The position numbers were made by a program, and so were the translations under genes. Shown here one piece after another: positions 1 through 9,873 of a DNA stretch of 64,000 bases. Where the stretch lies: the sequence record NC_049849.1; one strand, written 5' to 3'. Below the pieces are notes generated by a model. It worked only from the letters and a program-made list of their open reading frames with translations. It was not told the origin of the DNA and ran no database searches. How positions within the stretch are numbered: position 1 is the first letter of the stretch; each line of letters opens with the position of its first letter.

Positions 1-1
1 G

Positions 2-667
2 CTGGTTGGTGCAGTCAATAAGATGTACAAGGAAGACGCGGGTGGTCGTTTGCTGGAGCGTGATGCTTCGCAGTTCTTGTTCAACCCGGTTGCTCGTCAG
101 TCGATCAAGATTCCTGAAGTCTATTGGCACAAGCAGTTGACCGCGGACGAGGAAGAAGGTCAAATGGAACTGCTGTCGACTCTTGATGAGCGCGGCGTTC
201 CTATCCCGTTGAAGATGTGGATTACGGCTGCAAGGCTTGATCCCGATACTCTGGTGCGTGAGCTCGAAGACGATACGGCGTTTAGAAAAGCGTTGGAAAA
301 GTACACGGGCAAAGACACCAGCCACGACATGGGCGATGACTTTGATGACGGCGGCGACTTCGGTGGTGAGGATTCGATTGAGGCCCACATCTACTCGGTC
401 AATAAAGGCCGTGGTCAGCGCAAGCCTCTGCTGGCACGTGAGTGGGGCGGTGACAAGTTGATTCACGGCTACACTCGTACTGGCAAGAAGAAGCACATCA
501 TCAACCAACGTGCTGCCAAGCAAGAACTGAATCACAAGATGGTCAAGGCTCAAACGAAACTGAAGGACCCGAATCATCGGGAAGCCATGAAGAAAAAGAA
601 TCAAGCACAGTTCGGCTTCTCCAAGATGCCGGTCGGTGTTCCTGCATCTGTAAAGGGGAAACTCTGA
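2..667 (+). CDS. C-terminal part of a large virion protein, possibly portal (5' truncated by window edge)
   Basis: Frame is open from base 2, upstream of ATG 23. PEVYWHKQLTAD...LSTLDERGVPIP...LDPDTL resembles portal C-terminal segments; followed by an acidic then basic tail; lies ahead of the tail operon. Confidence 0.4.
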   Translation: MVGAVNKMYKEDAGGRLLERDASQFLFNPVARQSIKIPEVYWHKQLTADEEEGQMELLSTLDERGVPIPLKMWITAARLDPDTLVRELEDDTAFRKALEKYTGKDTSHDMGDDFDDGGDFGGEDSIEAHIYSVNKGRGQRKPLLAREWGGDKLIHGYTRTGKKKHIINQRAAKQELNHKMVKAQTKLKDPNHREAMKKKNQAQFGFSKMPVGVPASVKGKL

Positions 668-668
668 T

Positions 669-956
669 ATGTACAGCTTCTGCGTTCAATCCGTTCAGCG
701 CTTACACGCGCAAGTTCAAGTACAAGCTCGCATCAAGGACGAAGACGAGTACGACTGGTTCCGCTATACGGGCCCGGCTACTGAGTTGGACTTCCGTGGC
801 AAGCCTGAAGCATTGAGCAAGGGTGCCGTGTTTGGTGTGCGCCCATCGTCCAATGGCAAACACATTCGACTGGTCTTCAAGGACAAGCCGACTCGAGTGT
901 TCACGCTGCCGATGGATCAAGCTCAACGAATCGCCAAGCACGTGAAAGCTGCTTGA
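669..956 (+). CDS. hypothetical protein (small beta-rich, possibly virion-associated)
   Basis: 95-aa ORF starting 1 nt after the upstream stop, same strand as neighbours. Confidence 0.6.
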   Translation: MYSFCVQSVQRLHAQVQVQARIKDEDEYDWFRYTGPATELDFRGKPEALSKGAVFGVRPSSNGKHIRLVFKDKPTRVFTLPMDQAQRIAKHVKAA

Positions 957-968
957 TCGGAGACCATC

Positions 969-1433
969 ATGGCCAAGCCTAAGATTTACAACATAGGTGT
1001 AGCCTGGGATGAGTACACGTCGGGAGTAGAAGGCAATCTCGCTCGCGACTTGATAGCGTTAAAGACTGCGGCTGAGAAATGGCCCGGCACTACGCTACAG
1101 GTCGTGAGTGAAAGCGATGAGGCTGACCGAATGCTTCGTGCACTTGGTCTTCAGCGCTCATCTATTGTCACGCTACCCGGTACGTGGATTCTGTACCAGG
1201 CTGGTGAACAGCGAGTCAATCTGCCTGAAGGCGTTGAGTACTCAGTCAAGAAAGTCGAGCGTTGCTTGTTCCAGAAGTCGAAGAAAGCTAGACTGGAAGA
1301 TTGCGATGACCAAGGCTTTGCGTTGAAGGAACAGGGTAGAGACAATACGTTCGACCCCTTTAATAGGATGCCTTCGACAAGTACCGACTGGCATATGACT
1401 GATCCTCTGATCACTCTCATTTGGTCCAGGTAA
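969..1433 (+). CDS. hypothetical protein
   Basis: 154-aa ORF with GGAG RBS, in operon. Confidence 0.65.
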   Translation: MAKPKIYNIGVAWDEYTSGVEGNLARDLIALKTAAEKWPGTTLQVVSESDEADRMLRALGLQRSSIVTLPGTWILYQAGEQRVNLPEGVEYSVKKVERCLFQKSKKARLEDCDDQGFALKEQGRDNTFDPFNRMPSTSTDWHMTDPLITLIWSR

Positions 1434-1437
1434 GATC

Positions 1438-1446
1438 AATTTAATA
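1438..1446 (+). promoter_or_regulatory. AATTT(A/C)ATA motif, putative late promoter
   Basis: AATTTAATA, intergenic, upstream of the tail/baseplate operon; one of 7 copies seen. Confidence 0.5.
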
Positions 1447-1642
1447 CTGTCACCATGTACATAGGTTTGTTGGGAAGGGAAGGGTACTATGTAGATGTTA
1501 GGGGTAGCAAGTGCGAATCGTGACTAGCGGTGGGCTACCTGTTTTTTCTTTACCGTTGGGACTTGGCAGTCTCTCCAGGAGTATTCAGCCGTTCTATTAG
1601 CCAGTGCTCCGCAGAGCAACAAGTCCGTACCAGGACTCTCTC

Positions 1643-2701
1643 ATGGCATCAAATATTCGAGACGTATTCAAATCAGTACAGAGGCAAGCCAACGCAGACA
1701 TAGCCGGTGCCAAGCAACAAGTGGTCAACGGTGTGCGTGGTCAAATCAATAACATCAAGAACTCAGCCAACGCTGCAGTACGAGGTGCCGTGAATGGAGC
1801 AGTGCAAGCTGGCGTCAAGGGAATCCTTGGTGCTACTTCGCAAGCCTTGCAGGGCAATCTCTCTGGCGCAGTCGAAGGCTTGGTCAATCTCCCGAACTCT
1901 ATTGGCAATGGCATCGCTGGAGCTGTCGGTCGGAACCTCAGTGGTCCTGGCGGCTTCGCTGGATTGTTCAATGGTGGATGGAACTCTGGTGGCTCGCAGG
2001 TCATGTACCCAGTCGGCAGAGAAGGATCGAACGCGCTGTATGGCATCATGCAACGCGCAGACCCTATGCAGTCGACTGGCTGGTATGCAATGCTACCGGT
2101 TGTCACGTCAGCATACGGCACATCGTCGTTGCCGTGGTACTACGTTGAAGAAACGAACGTGCCGCAGCGTCAGATTGAAACCCATTCGATCTTTCGTGAG
2201 GGTCGTGAGCAACACTTCCCCGATAAGTACTCGGTCGACTCGTTGCGCATGGGCATGTATATGGATGCCGGCAACGTGACGCTGAACTATCTACGCAGTT
2301 GGCAAGCCGCTGTGATTCAACCTACCTCGAGTAGCAATGCTGTGACTCAGGGTGGTGGCTACTTGCTAGCTCGTAATTTCAAGAAACCGATTTTCATCTT
2401 CTTGGTTGATGTGACCAAGAAGGCAGTTGTGGTGTACGAGTACATTGAGTGCTGGCCGACGAACCTGGATCAACTCCAGCTTGAGTCTGCCAGTAATACC
2501 CGACTGATCCAACAGGTGACGTTCTCTGTTGGTGACGTGTTCATGAACACTCTTGGTGTCAGTGAACAAATTCTGAGTGGCATTACATCGGGCGTACGTT
2601 CTACGGTTGGCACCAACCTGATGAACCTAGCGTCTTCTGTGTCGAGTAGGGCAATCTCGGGTGCGACCTCTGCCCTTGGTCGCATGACCTCTTTTACATA
2701 A
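1643..2701 (+). CDS. tail tube-fold protein / tube initiator (T4 gp19/gp54-like)
   Basis: Likely start ATG 1643 (MASNIR, AGGA RBS). Core YVEETNVP...YSVDSLRMGMYMD...LRSWQAAV...YEYIECWPTNL...QQVTFSV matches the tube fold; Gly/Ala/Asn-rich termini. Confidence 0.7.
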   Translation: MASNIRDVFKSVQRQANADIAGAKQQVVNGVRGQINNIKNSANAAVRGAVNGAVQAGVKGILGATSQALQGNLSGAVEGLVNLPNSIGNGIAGAVGRNLSGPGGFAGLFNGGWNSGGSQVMYPVGREGSNALYGIMQRADPMQSTGWYAMLPVVTSAYGTSSLPWYYVEETNVPQRQIETHSIFREGREQHFPDKYSVDSLRMGMYMDAGNVTLNYLRSWQAAVIQPTSSSNAVTQGGGYLLARNFKKPIFIFLVDVTKKAVVVYEYIECWPTNLDQLQLESASNTRLIQQVTFSVGDVFMNTLGVSEQILSGITSGVRSTVGTNLMNLASSVSSRAISGATSALGRMTSFT

Positions 2702-2710
2702 TTAGAGAAA

Positions 2711-4027
2711 ATGGAAAATCAAACCAACGAAGGAAGCTTCGGCTTCGAACGCAAAGACCTTCCCGCATCGGTCAAGCTCGGTGCTCAACCCCTTCGCGCT
2801 GAACAGACAGTGCAGCCAGGCCAGGACATTACCAGCGGAGACTCGCCGCATAACATCCATGCGCAGCTGCTGGCTGAAGCTCCCGCGAGTGCTCCGCGTA
2901 ATCTGGTCGATGAATTCCCGCAGTTCAAACCTGTGCACTTGCGCAAGCCTTTGGCTACGCCGGTCACTCCTGTAGAGAACCTTGGGCTCAGCAATGCAGC
3001 CACTGCCGCTATGGAACGCATGGCGCCTGGTATGACTGCGATGCTTGAGCAAGGCATCACTGGTGGAGTGCCTCCCGCTCCGCACGTTGAGTCTGTGGCT
3101 ACTGTGCGCGAACCTGTTGCTACTGCGCAGATAACTGGTCATCAAAGCCCCATTCCGCAGCAACAAGCCGCGTCGATCCCGCCGCAAGGTCAAGTGTTTA
3201 TTCCGCAGCTCACGACCGACCCTGTTGTTCAAGCGCCTGGCATCGTGCAACGTCCGAACCTCGGCTACATTGATGTGCCTGCTCATGCAGCCTCTGAAGC
3301 TGTGCCGGTGAACCTGCCGTCGCGTTTTGGCCTCTATGGATTCCAGGACCTGTACGTCTATCCGCTGAAGGGTAAGCACCTGGCCAAGTTCGCACGTGCT
3401 CATGCAGAATCGAGCTTGCGGTTGACTGTCGAAGCTGTGAGTGCAGCTTGCGTCACCACCAACCAAGCTTTCCGTGGTGTGAGTCTCGCGCATATGTTGT
3501 CGGTGCAAGACTTCTACTATCTCATGTACTTCATGCGCAAGGCGAACTTCCCGAAGACGGAACTGAAGCACACGGCGTACTGCTCCAACCGCGATCACCT
3601 GTTGCAAGTCGCTAAGGGTGAGCTGCCTGAAGAGTCGTTGAAGATCATGGAGACGGTGCAGCACACACAACTGATCGTCACTGAGCTTGAACGCGTGCCG
3701 GAGTACTCGAAGCAAATCATGGGCGCTGTTGCATTGCGACCTGCTACCATGATGGACACCATTGAGTGGGCTGAAGACCCGAGGTTCCAAGATGAGGATG
3801 TGAAGTGGCTCGGCCATTGTGCATCGTACATTGCGGCGCCCACGTTTGCTGAACGCATCGCTATTGCTGAGGAACTCTCGGCTGCGCAGATTCAGCACAT
3901 CATGGATTACGAACGAGCCTTCGATCACTACGGTGTTGAAGAACGAATCACTGTCAAATGTCGCGGGTGTGGCGCATCGATGAGGACTACGGTCAACATC
4001 GATGCGCACTCTTTTCTTCCCAGTTAA
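2711..4027 (+). CDS. baseplate hub / tail assembly chaperone (T4 gp26-like)
   Basis: VNLPSR...YPLKGKH N-motif, DFYYLMYFMR, C-terminal ITVKCRGCG...IDAHSFLP; long Pro/Ala/Gln-rich N-extension. Confidence 0.7.
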   Translation: MENQTNEGSFGFERKDLPASVKLGAQPLRAEQTVQPGQDITSGDSPHNIHAQLLAEAPASAPRNLVDEFPQFKPVHLRKPLATPVTPVENLGLSNAATAAMERMAPGMTAMLEQGITGGVPPAPHVESVATVREPVATAQITGHQSPIPQQQAASIPPQGQVFIPQLTTDPVVQAPGIVQRPNLGYIDVPAHAASEAVPVNLPSRFGLYGFQDLYVYPLKGKHLAKFARAHAESSLRLTVEAVSAACVTTNQAFRGVSLAHMLSVQDFYYLMYFMRKANFPKTELKHTAYCSNRDHLLQVAKGELPEESLKIMETVQHTQLIVTELERVPEYSKQIMGAVALRPATMMDTIEWAEDPRFQDEDVKWLGHCASYIAAPTFAERIAIAEELSAAQIQHIMDYERAFDHYGVEERITVKCRGCGASMRTTVNIDAHSFLPS

Positions 4028-4196
4028 TACGTTTGAGGCAATCAAGGATCGGCACCGCATCATCATGAGTGAGTATCATACGTACTTGGGTGATGAGGCG
4101 CCGGTGTGGCAGCTAATGTCGCTATCCGAAGATGCCATCGCACGAAGGGAAGCGCGGATCAAGGCAGCTCAAGAGAATAAGGTCTATATCGACTAG
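4002..4196 (+). CDS. small gp51-like assembly protein (possible +1 frameshift extension of gp26)
   Basis: 64-aa ORF overlapping the gp26 3' end and preceding the tape-measure-like gene; IMSEYH...PVWQLMSL resembles gp51. Confidence 0.5.
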   Translation: MRTLFFPVNTFEAIKDRHRIIMSEYHTYLGDEAPVWQLMSLSEDAIARREARIKAAQENKVYID

Positions 4197-4206
4197 AGGT
4201 TAGACA

Positions 4207-5838
4207 ATGCCTAGTTTCCGAACCCCATACGAGCAACAGCAATGGAACAATCTGGACAAGCAGTCGTCGCAGATGTTCGAGCGCTTGAAGAAAGGCCAAG
4301 CCACTTCTCAGGACTTGAAGGACGCACAGTCCCTGGTTGCTCAATACTCTGTACTCGCCAGCACGACGTTTGAAGAAGGCGTTAAGGCGATGTACATGAG
4401 CGCTGAGGCTGCGGCCAAGGCAGCGTCTGATGAAAGAGTAGCTAACGGCGGCGCGCCGTTCGACGAGGTTGAGTTCGCAGTCTTCATTGATGAGACTGTA
4501 ACCAAGATCGTAAAGGACGAAGGGGTTGAGCTTGCGCTGACAGTTGAGGACATTATCAAGTCCGAGCTGACAGAGCAAGACGACCGTACGTCATCGCTAC
4601 TCGAAGAAAAGATCAAGCAGTTTCAATCGGACAAGCGAGACGAGCTGCTTGATCCTGAAACCGAACAGCGCATGGCGGAGTTGCGCGAGAAGTATTCGGG
4701 GTCGACTGAGAAGGTTCCTGATGCTACTGCGTTAGAAACTACGACCACGCGTGCTTCTGCGTCTGCTCCGGTGTCTCAAGCCTTTGAAGCCGAAGTGACC
4801 GATGCTGCGCAGTCGAGCATGGAGACCGACAAGAAGCTGCGCGACTTGTTGGATGAGTACGGCAACGAGAATTGGCGCGACAAGCACGAAGAAGAAAAGG
4901 CTTCGATCTGGTGGCGCAAGTTCCAAGACTTCGGTGGCGGTAAGGTCAAGGCTGCTGGTAAGATGGGCCTTGGGTTGATCGCAGCATCGCTTGGTCTGAT
5001 TGCACGTACTGCCATGATGGAACTGTCTGGTGCTGAAATCTGGAAGAAGGTAGAGAGCTGGTTCTCGCTGGATAGCATCAAGGAAATGGGCAGCGCTGCG
5101 TGGGAGTATATCTCACGCAAAGGCCGTGAGCTTGCAGACTGGATCAGTGGTCAATTCAAGTCCGCTAGAGAAAAGCGTGACGAGAATGCAGGCGTGAAGG
5201 ATACCGATACTGAGGCCGTCAAGGAACTCAAGATCAAACTCCTGCAAGCCGAGACTCGAGCCAAAGAGGGCTACGCTCTACACGGTAACGAAGAGCTGAC
5301 CGAGATTGATAAGAAGGAAGTGACGCGACTCAAGTCTGCTCTTGAGCAAGCCATCAAGGATTCGCAAAAGGCGAAGGGTCCGTTGACCGATGAAAACGGA
5401 AACCCTATCACGCTACATGCTGACGGCTCTACCACGGCATCCTCTGGTGGTGGAGGCTCGGGCGGCGGAGGTGGTGGCGGTTCGACTGTAGGCGGAATGC
5501 CTGCTACTCCGGGCACCGCTAGTCAAACCAATCCTGTCGAGCAAGCTGCGTCGTCTACGGTTAACAACCAAGTCGATATGTCTCAGACTGCTGGGTCGAC
5601 TACGGTCAATCAAGACCAGACCGTGACTCCGGGATCGACGACGCAAGTTAGCCAAGACCAGAACATGACGCCTGCGGTATCTGTTCCTGCACCGGGGTCG
5701 GCTCCTGCCGAAAGCGCATCGCCTAGTCGAGCTGCTCCGCAAGCCGGTGGTGCTCAGACTGCTAGCCTTGCGACCATTCCTAATCAGAGTGGCATGACTG
5801 ACTTCCTCGGCATGTATAACTTTGGGATGTTCACGTAA
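4207..5838 (+). CDS. tape-measure / baseplate hub protein (gp29-like)
   Basis: 543 aa, helical and charged, with a central hydrophobic segment (LGLGLIAASLGLIA) and a low-complexity G/S/T/Q tail; position after the chaperone pair. Confidence 0.5.
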   Translation: MPSFRTPYEQQQWNNLDKQSSQMFERLKKGQATSQDLKDAQSLVAQYSVLASTTFEEGVKAMYMSAEAAAKAASDERVANGGAPFDEVEFAVFIDETVTKIVKDEGVELALTVEDIIKSELTEQDDRTSSLLEEKIKQFQSDKRDELLDPETEQRMAELREKYSGSTEKVPDATALETTTTRASASAPVSQAFEAEVTDAAQSSMETDKKLRDLLDEYGNENWRDKHEEEKASIWWRKFQDFGGGKVKAAGKMGLGLIAASLGLIARTAMMELSGAEIWKKVESWFSLDSIKEMGSAAWEYISRKGRELADWISGQFKSAREKRDENAGVKDTDTEAVKELKIKLLQAETRAKEGYALHGNEELTEIDKKEVTRLKSALEQAIKDSQKAKGPLTDENGNPITLHADGSTTASSGGGGSGGGGGGGSTVGGMPATPGTASQTNPVEQAASSTVNNQVDMSQTAGSTTVNQDQTVTPGSTTQVSQDQNMTPAVSVPAPGSAPAESASPSRAAPQAGGAQTASLATIPNQSGMTDFLGMYNFGMFT

Positions 5839-7334
5839 TGAGAAACGTTGCTGAGGTACATAGAGTATATGCCTCAGACTTGAAGGCGGGGCCGTTCAAC
5901 GACGAGCGCAACGGTGAACTCTATCAGTTCATCGTGGCAGCGGATGCGGCAGATGCGCCGCCCGAGTCTGCGCTCAAGCGTGCGGTTCAACGCAACGTAG
6001 AACAACGCGCCCGGCGTGAGGAAGAAGACGAAGAGCACAAGTCTGAGTCCAAGCGCAAGGGCGTGGGTAAGAAGATCGCAGCGAAGATTATACGCACTGC
6101 CGGTCGAGTGATTCTCCGAGCTGCTAAGGCCGGCCTGCGTATGATGTGGACCGTTACCAAGTTCCTGGGCCGCATCGTTGCGCGTTTCATCCTGCCTGGT
6201 ATCTTGCAGGGCTTAGCCGCAATGCTAACCACGCCGCTAGGCTGGGGCTTAGGTGCATTGGTTGGTGCAGGCGCACTCGGCTACTTCCTATACAAGACGA
6301 TGTTTAAGGACGAAAGCCCTGATGTGGTACGTGCGCAATCGCAAAACCTTACCGGCGATCAGCTGAATGAAAAGCTGGACGATGAGAACGTGTTTGACCA
6401 AGCTGAGTCCAACATGCTATCACGACTCGGTTTGAGTAGCGACGATATGCTGGAGCTGCGCACAACTCAACTGCAACGTACGGGCCTCGAAGCTACGCTC
6501 TACGCTGTAGATGAAATGGCAAAGCTGCAAGGTCGTCCTGCAGCTACGGGTGTTGCTGTGACTGGAACCCTAGGCACTGGAACATATGGTGCGGCTGTGC
6601 CTCAGCTTAGCCCGAACTCCGATAAGTCGTATCCTCTGAAAGGCGATGCGAAGAGTAGGCTCGACTCAGTCGTACGTGGCATGAACGCTGCAGGCATGAC
6701 GGACCCGAATGAGCGCGCAATGTTTCTTGCGCAGCTGGCACACGAGTCTGGCAACTTCCGCTACATGCGTGAAATCTGGAACCCTGCTCAGGTGCCTGCT
6801 CAAGGTCGTTATGAAGGTCGTAAGGACTTGGGCAACTTGCAGCCAGGCGACGGCTTCAGATTTCGTGGTCGTGGTTTCATTCAGGTAACGGGTAGGACCA
6901 ACTACAGACAAGCTGGGCAATACATCGGGATAGACCTCGAAGCTGATCCAGACTTGGCGAGTGATCCTGATGTTGCGGTGAAGATTGCGCTGTGGTATTG
7001 GCGCAAGGCCCGTCCAAAGATTCCGCAGCTTGCGAAGGCTGGAGATATCCGCGGCGTCACCAAGTTGATTAACGGCGGCTACAACGGCTTGCAGGATCGG
7101 GTGAACAAGTTCTATCAATACCAGAAGAAGCTAGCCTCTGGTGAGATAGGACAGACCGAAGCTACCGCAGACCTTCCGCCGGCTACTCCGCCAATGACTC
7201 AACAGCAGCAACAGCTTGTGGCAGAGAAGAAGCAGGTCGAGCAGAACGCTAGGAACCTGCACGTATCGCAGCCGCAAGCAACAAACACACAATACCTCAA
7301 GATGGGTAACAAGGTCATGGCCGTGAACCCATAG
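5838..7334 (+). CDS. virion-associated lysin with glycoside hydrolase family 19 domain
   Basis: MFLAQLAHESGNF, GDGFRFRGRGFIQVTGRTNY, VTKLINGGYNGLQDR are GH19 motifs; N-terminal basic/hydrophobic segment; coupled to upstream gene (TAATG). Confidence 0.85.
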   Translation: MRNVAEVHRVYASDLKAGPFNDERNGELYQFIVAADAADAPPESALKRAVQRNVEQRARREEEDEEHKSESKRKGVGKKIAAKIIRTAGRVILRAAKAGLRMMWTVTKFLGRIVARFILPGILQGLAAMLTTPLGWGLGALVGAGALGYFLYKTMFKDESPDVVRAQSQNLTGDQLNEKLDDENVFDQAESNMLSRLGLSSDDMLELRTTQLQRTGLEATLYAVDEMAKLQGRPAATGVAVTGTLGTGTYGAAVPQLSPNSDKSYPLKGDAKSRLDSVVRGMNAAGMTDPNERAMFLAQLAHESGNFRYMREIWNPAQVPAQGRYEGRKDLGNLQPGDGFRFRGRGFIQVTGRTNYRQAGQYIGIDLEADPDLASDPDVAVKIALWYWRKARPKIPQLAKAGDIRGVTKLINGGYNGLQDRVNKFYQYQKKLASGEIGQTEATADLPPATPPMTQQQQQLVAEKKQVEQNARNLHVSQPQATNTQYLKMGNKVMAVNP

Positions 7335-7342
7335 GAACTGAT

Positions 7343-8401
7343 ATGGCATACAATGGCAATCCATTCTACTCGGTGTTGATTCTCAGCACCAACTCGGATG
7401 ATCCGAAGAAGAGTGTGAACGTTCGAGCTCCGCTGCCGCAGTCGTTCATCTACGATACGGCCGCGCAATACGAAGCGCCGTTTGCACAAGGCTTGACTGG
7501 TCGAGGCTTTCTCGACTCGATGCTCAAGGCCGGTAACATCCGTTGGGTCAACCAGACTCTGACTGCGCAGATTTGGCAGGGCACTACCGATACCGTGCTT
7601 GGTCTGGAACTCGAGTTCCAAGCCACGTACGATGCGGACGCTGAAGTGCGGCAGCCCATCATGTCGCTGATTAATCTTACGACTCCCGATACGTTGGGTG
7701 ACAACGGAGTTCTAACTTCGCCGGGTCCTAAGCTGGACCTCAAGGTCCTGCAAGAGCTGAACGCGCAGTCAAGGGAAATCAATGCAGCTAACGAACAGCC
7801 TACGGCGTTTGGTGCTGATGCGAATCTGAAGACCACGACGGCTAGCGATCCCTCGAAGCAGGTCATCAACGGTGCGTCGACTTCGGTCAATACGCAAGCG
7901 CCTGCTGATAACTCCTCGTTCGGTTCGAAAGAGGCAGTCAAGAAATACATCAAGAACCAAATCTCGATCCAAGTTGGCAACTACGCATTCTTCGATTCGG
8001 TCGTGATTGAGTCGGTGCAGAAGACGTATGAGTCGCAGCTTGATGCCGTGACTGGTCTGCCACATTACGCAAAGGTCGCCATCCAGTTCAAGCCGCTGTT
8101 CATGATCGTACAGAAAGACCTGCCGAACATCTTTAGACCGCCGCAGGTACGGAACACCGGAGTGTCGAGTACGCCTAACACTGTCGGCGCTGCCGTTGGT
8201 GCTAATGCTCCGGGTGCTGGTGCTCTGATTGTTGGCGGTGGGTTCGGTGGTGGCATTCCTGGCGGTGCGGGCAACAACGGTGTGGCTCAAGCGTCGCCCG
8301 TGAACTTGCAGAACGCAGTGCCTGTGCCTTTGGATAATCCTGTCGCTCAGTCTGCGCCGATCAACGTTGCCGCAGGTCCTGCAGCAGTACCGTTGGCATA
8401 A
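7343..8401 (+). CDS. baseplate tube cap (T4 gp48-like / CIS tube protein)
   Basis: APLPQSFIYDTAAQYEAP, TAQIWQGT, LELEFQA, VIESVQKTY, AKVAIQF tube-fold pattern; position. Confidence 0.55.
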   Translation: MAYNGNPFYSVLILSTNSDDPKKSVNVRAPLPQSFIYDTAAQYEAPFAQGLTGRGFLDSMLKAGNIRWVNQTLTAQIWQGTTDTVLGLELEFQATYDADAEVRQPIMSLINLTTPDTLGDNGVLTSPGPKLDLKVLQELNAQSREINAANEQPTAFGADANLKTTTASDPSKQVINGASTSVNTQAPADNSSFGSKEAVKKYIKNQISIQVGNYAFFDSVVIESVQKTYESQLDAVTGLPHYAKVAIQFKPLFMIVQKDLPNIFRPPQVRNTGVSSTPNTVGAAVGANAPGAGALIVGGGFGGGIPGGAGNNGVAQASPVNLQNAVPVPLDNPVAQSAPINVAAGPAAVPLA

Positions 8402-8411
8402 GGAGTAGAGA

Positions 8412-8747
8412 ATGGCACAAGACTATTCATGGAGCAAATACACTCCAGTCGACAACACCGGCAACAATCGTTCGATCTTCAAGTCGGCATATAAGAACGT
8501 TCGGTTTGCTTTGGTTCCGAATCGCCGTATCACGTTGGACGAATCGCAGGCAGCGAACCTACCAGGCTTGAGCCATGCGGAGTACGGAGTGTGGGACTTT
8601 TGGGAAATCTTGCTGGCCTACAATGGCTTGCAAGACCCCATTCAGGATGTGGTAGCAGGCATGCCATTTCTGCTCCCAACCAAAGCGTCGATCATTTCCT
8701 ACCTGACAAGACAACAAGCAACGAACACCACAACGTTGACCATCTGA
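8412..8747 (+). CDS. baseplate wedge LysM-like protein (T4 gp53 / P2 gpX-like)
   Basis: LPGLSHAEYGVWDFWEILLAYNGLQDPIQDVVAGMPFLLP. Confidence 0.8.
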   Translation: MAQDYSWSKYTPVDNTGNNRSIFKSAYKNVRFALVPNRRITLDESQAANLPGLSHAEYGVWDFWEILLAYNGLQDPIQDVVAGMPFLLPTKASIISYLTRQQATNTTTLTI

Positions 8748-8748
8748 T

Positions 8749-9873
8749 ATGAGCTACAACATACAAGACCGACTCTCGATCAGCATTGCGTTTGAGGGTA
8801 CTGAATATCCCCTAAGCAAATTTAATGTCTTGAATTTCTTGCACATCAGTTCGAGCATCAAGATGTTGTTGCCGCAGTTTCATATGTCGATCACGGACCA
8901 GTCTGGTATGTTGAACCGTGTAGGCATTCGAGATTCGTCCCGAGTGACTATCACCATTTCTGCAATCGGTCCTGACTCGGTGAGCAAGACCTACAGGTTC
9001 CGCGTCTACTCGTTCAAGAACTCGGAGACTGGGACGGGCACTCAGTGGGAAATGGATGGCTACCTTGACTCGGTGCCGTACTGGATCACGACGGTCAACG
9101 ATGGAATGCGCGGAACCTCTAACGAAGTGCTGGAACAGATCGCACAACGCTGCGGCCTTCGTTATGATGGTACTGTGACCAACGATGCGCAGCTGTGGCT
9201 CCCGCAGAATCGCATATGGGGTGAATTCGCACGGCGCATTGTCTCGCGTGGCTATGCCAACGACAAGTCGTGCATGAAGGCTGTAGTGACCAAGGAAGGC
9301 GTGCTGCGCTACAAGGATATCAACAACCTGCCCGAGCCTCAGTACTCGCTACTGCAGGGCGAAATGAAAGATGGTTGGTTGCCAATCGTTGATCACCGGC
9401 CGGTTAGCGAATCGGGAATGCAAAACGCATTGACGGGATATCAAGCGACGAGACGGCAGCAGTCTGTAGTGGCGCCTGTCGATCAGCTCGAGTTCTCTGA
9501 GTTGGCGTTCAAGCCTGACTCTAGATCGCCGCTGTACAACCTGGAAACCAAACGCGAAGTTGGTAGAGGCCGGCAGCAGTACTCGCCGATTGATGTGGGT
9601 AACGTGCATCCTGCATACGAGCAAGCTGCGTATCAGAACGTGCGATACGGCAACCTGTACAACTTGGCGATTGAATGCCAGTCGATCTTTCCGACGCCGC
9701 TGCAAGTCCTAGACAAGTTCAACTTCAGCTCGCAGCTGCTGCAAGGTGAAGCCAACAACGTGGCTAACGGTACGTACATTCAGACCGGGCACGTGGTCTT
9801 CCTGCAAGGCATCAACTACTACGAGAAGATCATCGGCGTACGCCACGGCACAAACATTTCGGAACAGCAATAA
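8749..9873 (+). CDS. baseplate hub protein (gp27/VgrG-N-like)
   Basis: 374 aa between gp53-like and spike genes; GTSNEVLEQIAQRCGL and LWLPQN motifs. Confidence 0.65.
   Translation: MSYNIQDRLSISIAFEGTEYPLSKFNVLNFLHISSSIKMLLPQFHMSITDQSGMLNRVGIRDSSRVTITISAIGPDSVSKTYRFRVYSFKNSETGTGTQWEMDGYLDSVPYWITTVNDGMRGTSNEVLEQIAQRCGLRYDGTVTNDAQLWLPQNRIWGEFARRIVSRGYANDKSCMKAVVTKEGVLRYKDINNLPEPQYSLLQGEMKDGWLPIVDHRPVSESGMQNALTGYQATRRQQSVVAPVDQLEFSELAFKPDSRSPLYNLETKREVGRGRQQYSPIDVGNVHPAYEQAAYQNVRYGNLYNLAIECQSIFPTPLQVLDKFNFSSQLLQGEANNVANGTYIQTGHVVFLQGINYYEKIIGVRHGTNISEQQ

Noticed and set aside
1472-1504. G-quadruplex (GGGAAGGGAAGGG...GGGG)
   Set aside because: The third loop is 16 nt and the tract also sits inside a competing TACATAG/CTATGTA stem; too weak to claim.
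2702-4066. 454-aa antisense ORF
   Set aside because: Exact shadow of the gp26-like gene with no motifs; explained by codon bias.
5445-5481. GGT/GGC run as a regulatory repeat
   Set aside because: Simply encodes a Gly/Ser linker in the tape-measure-like protein.
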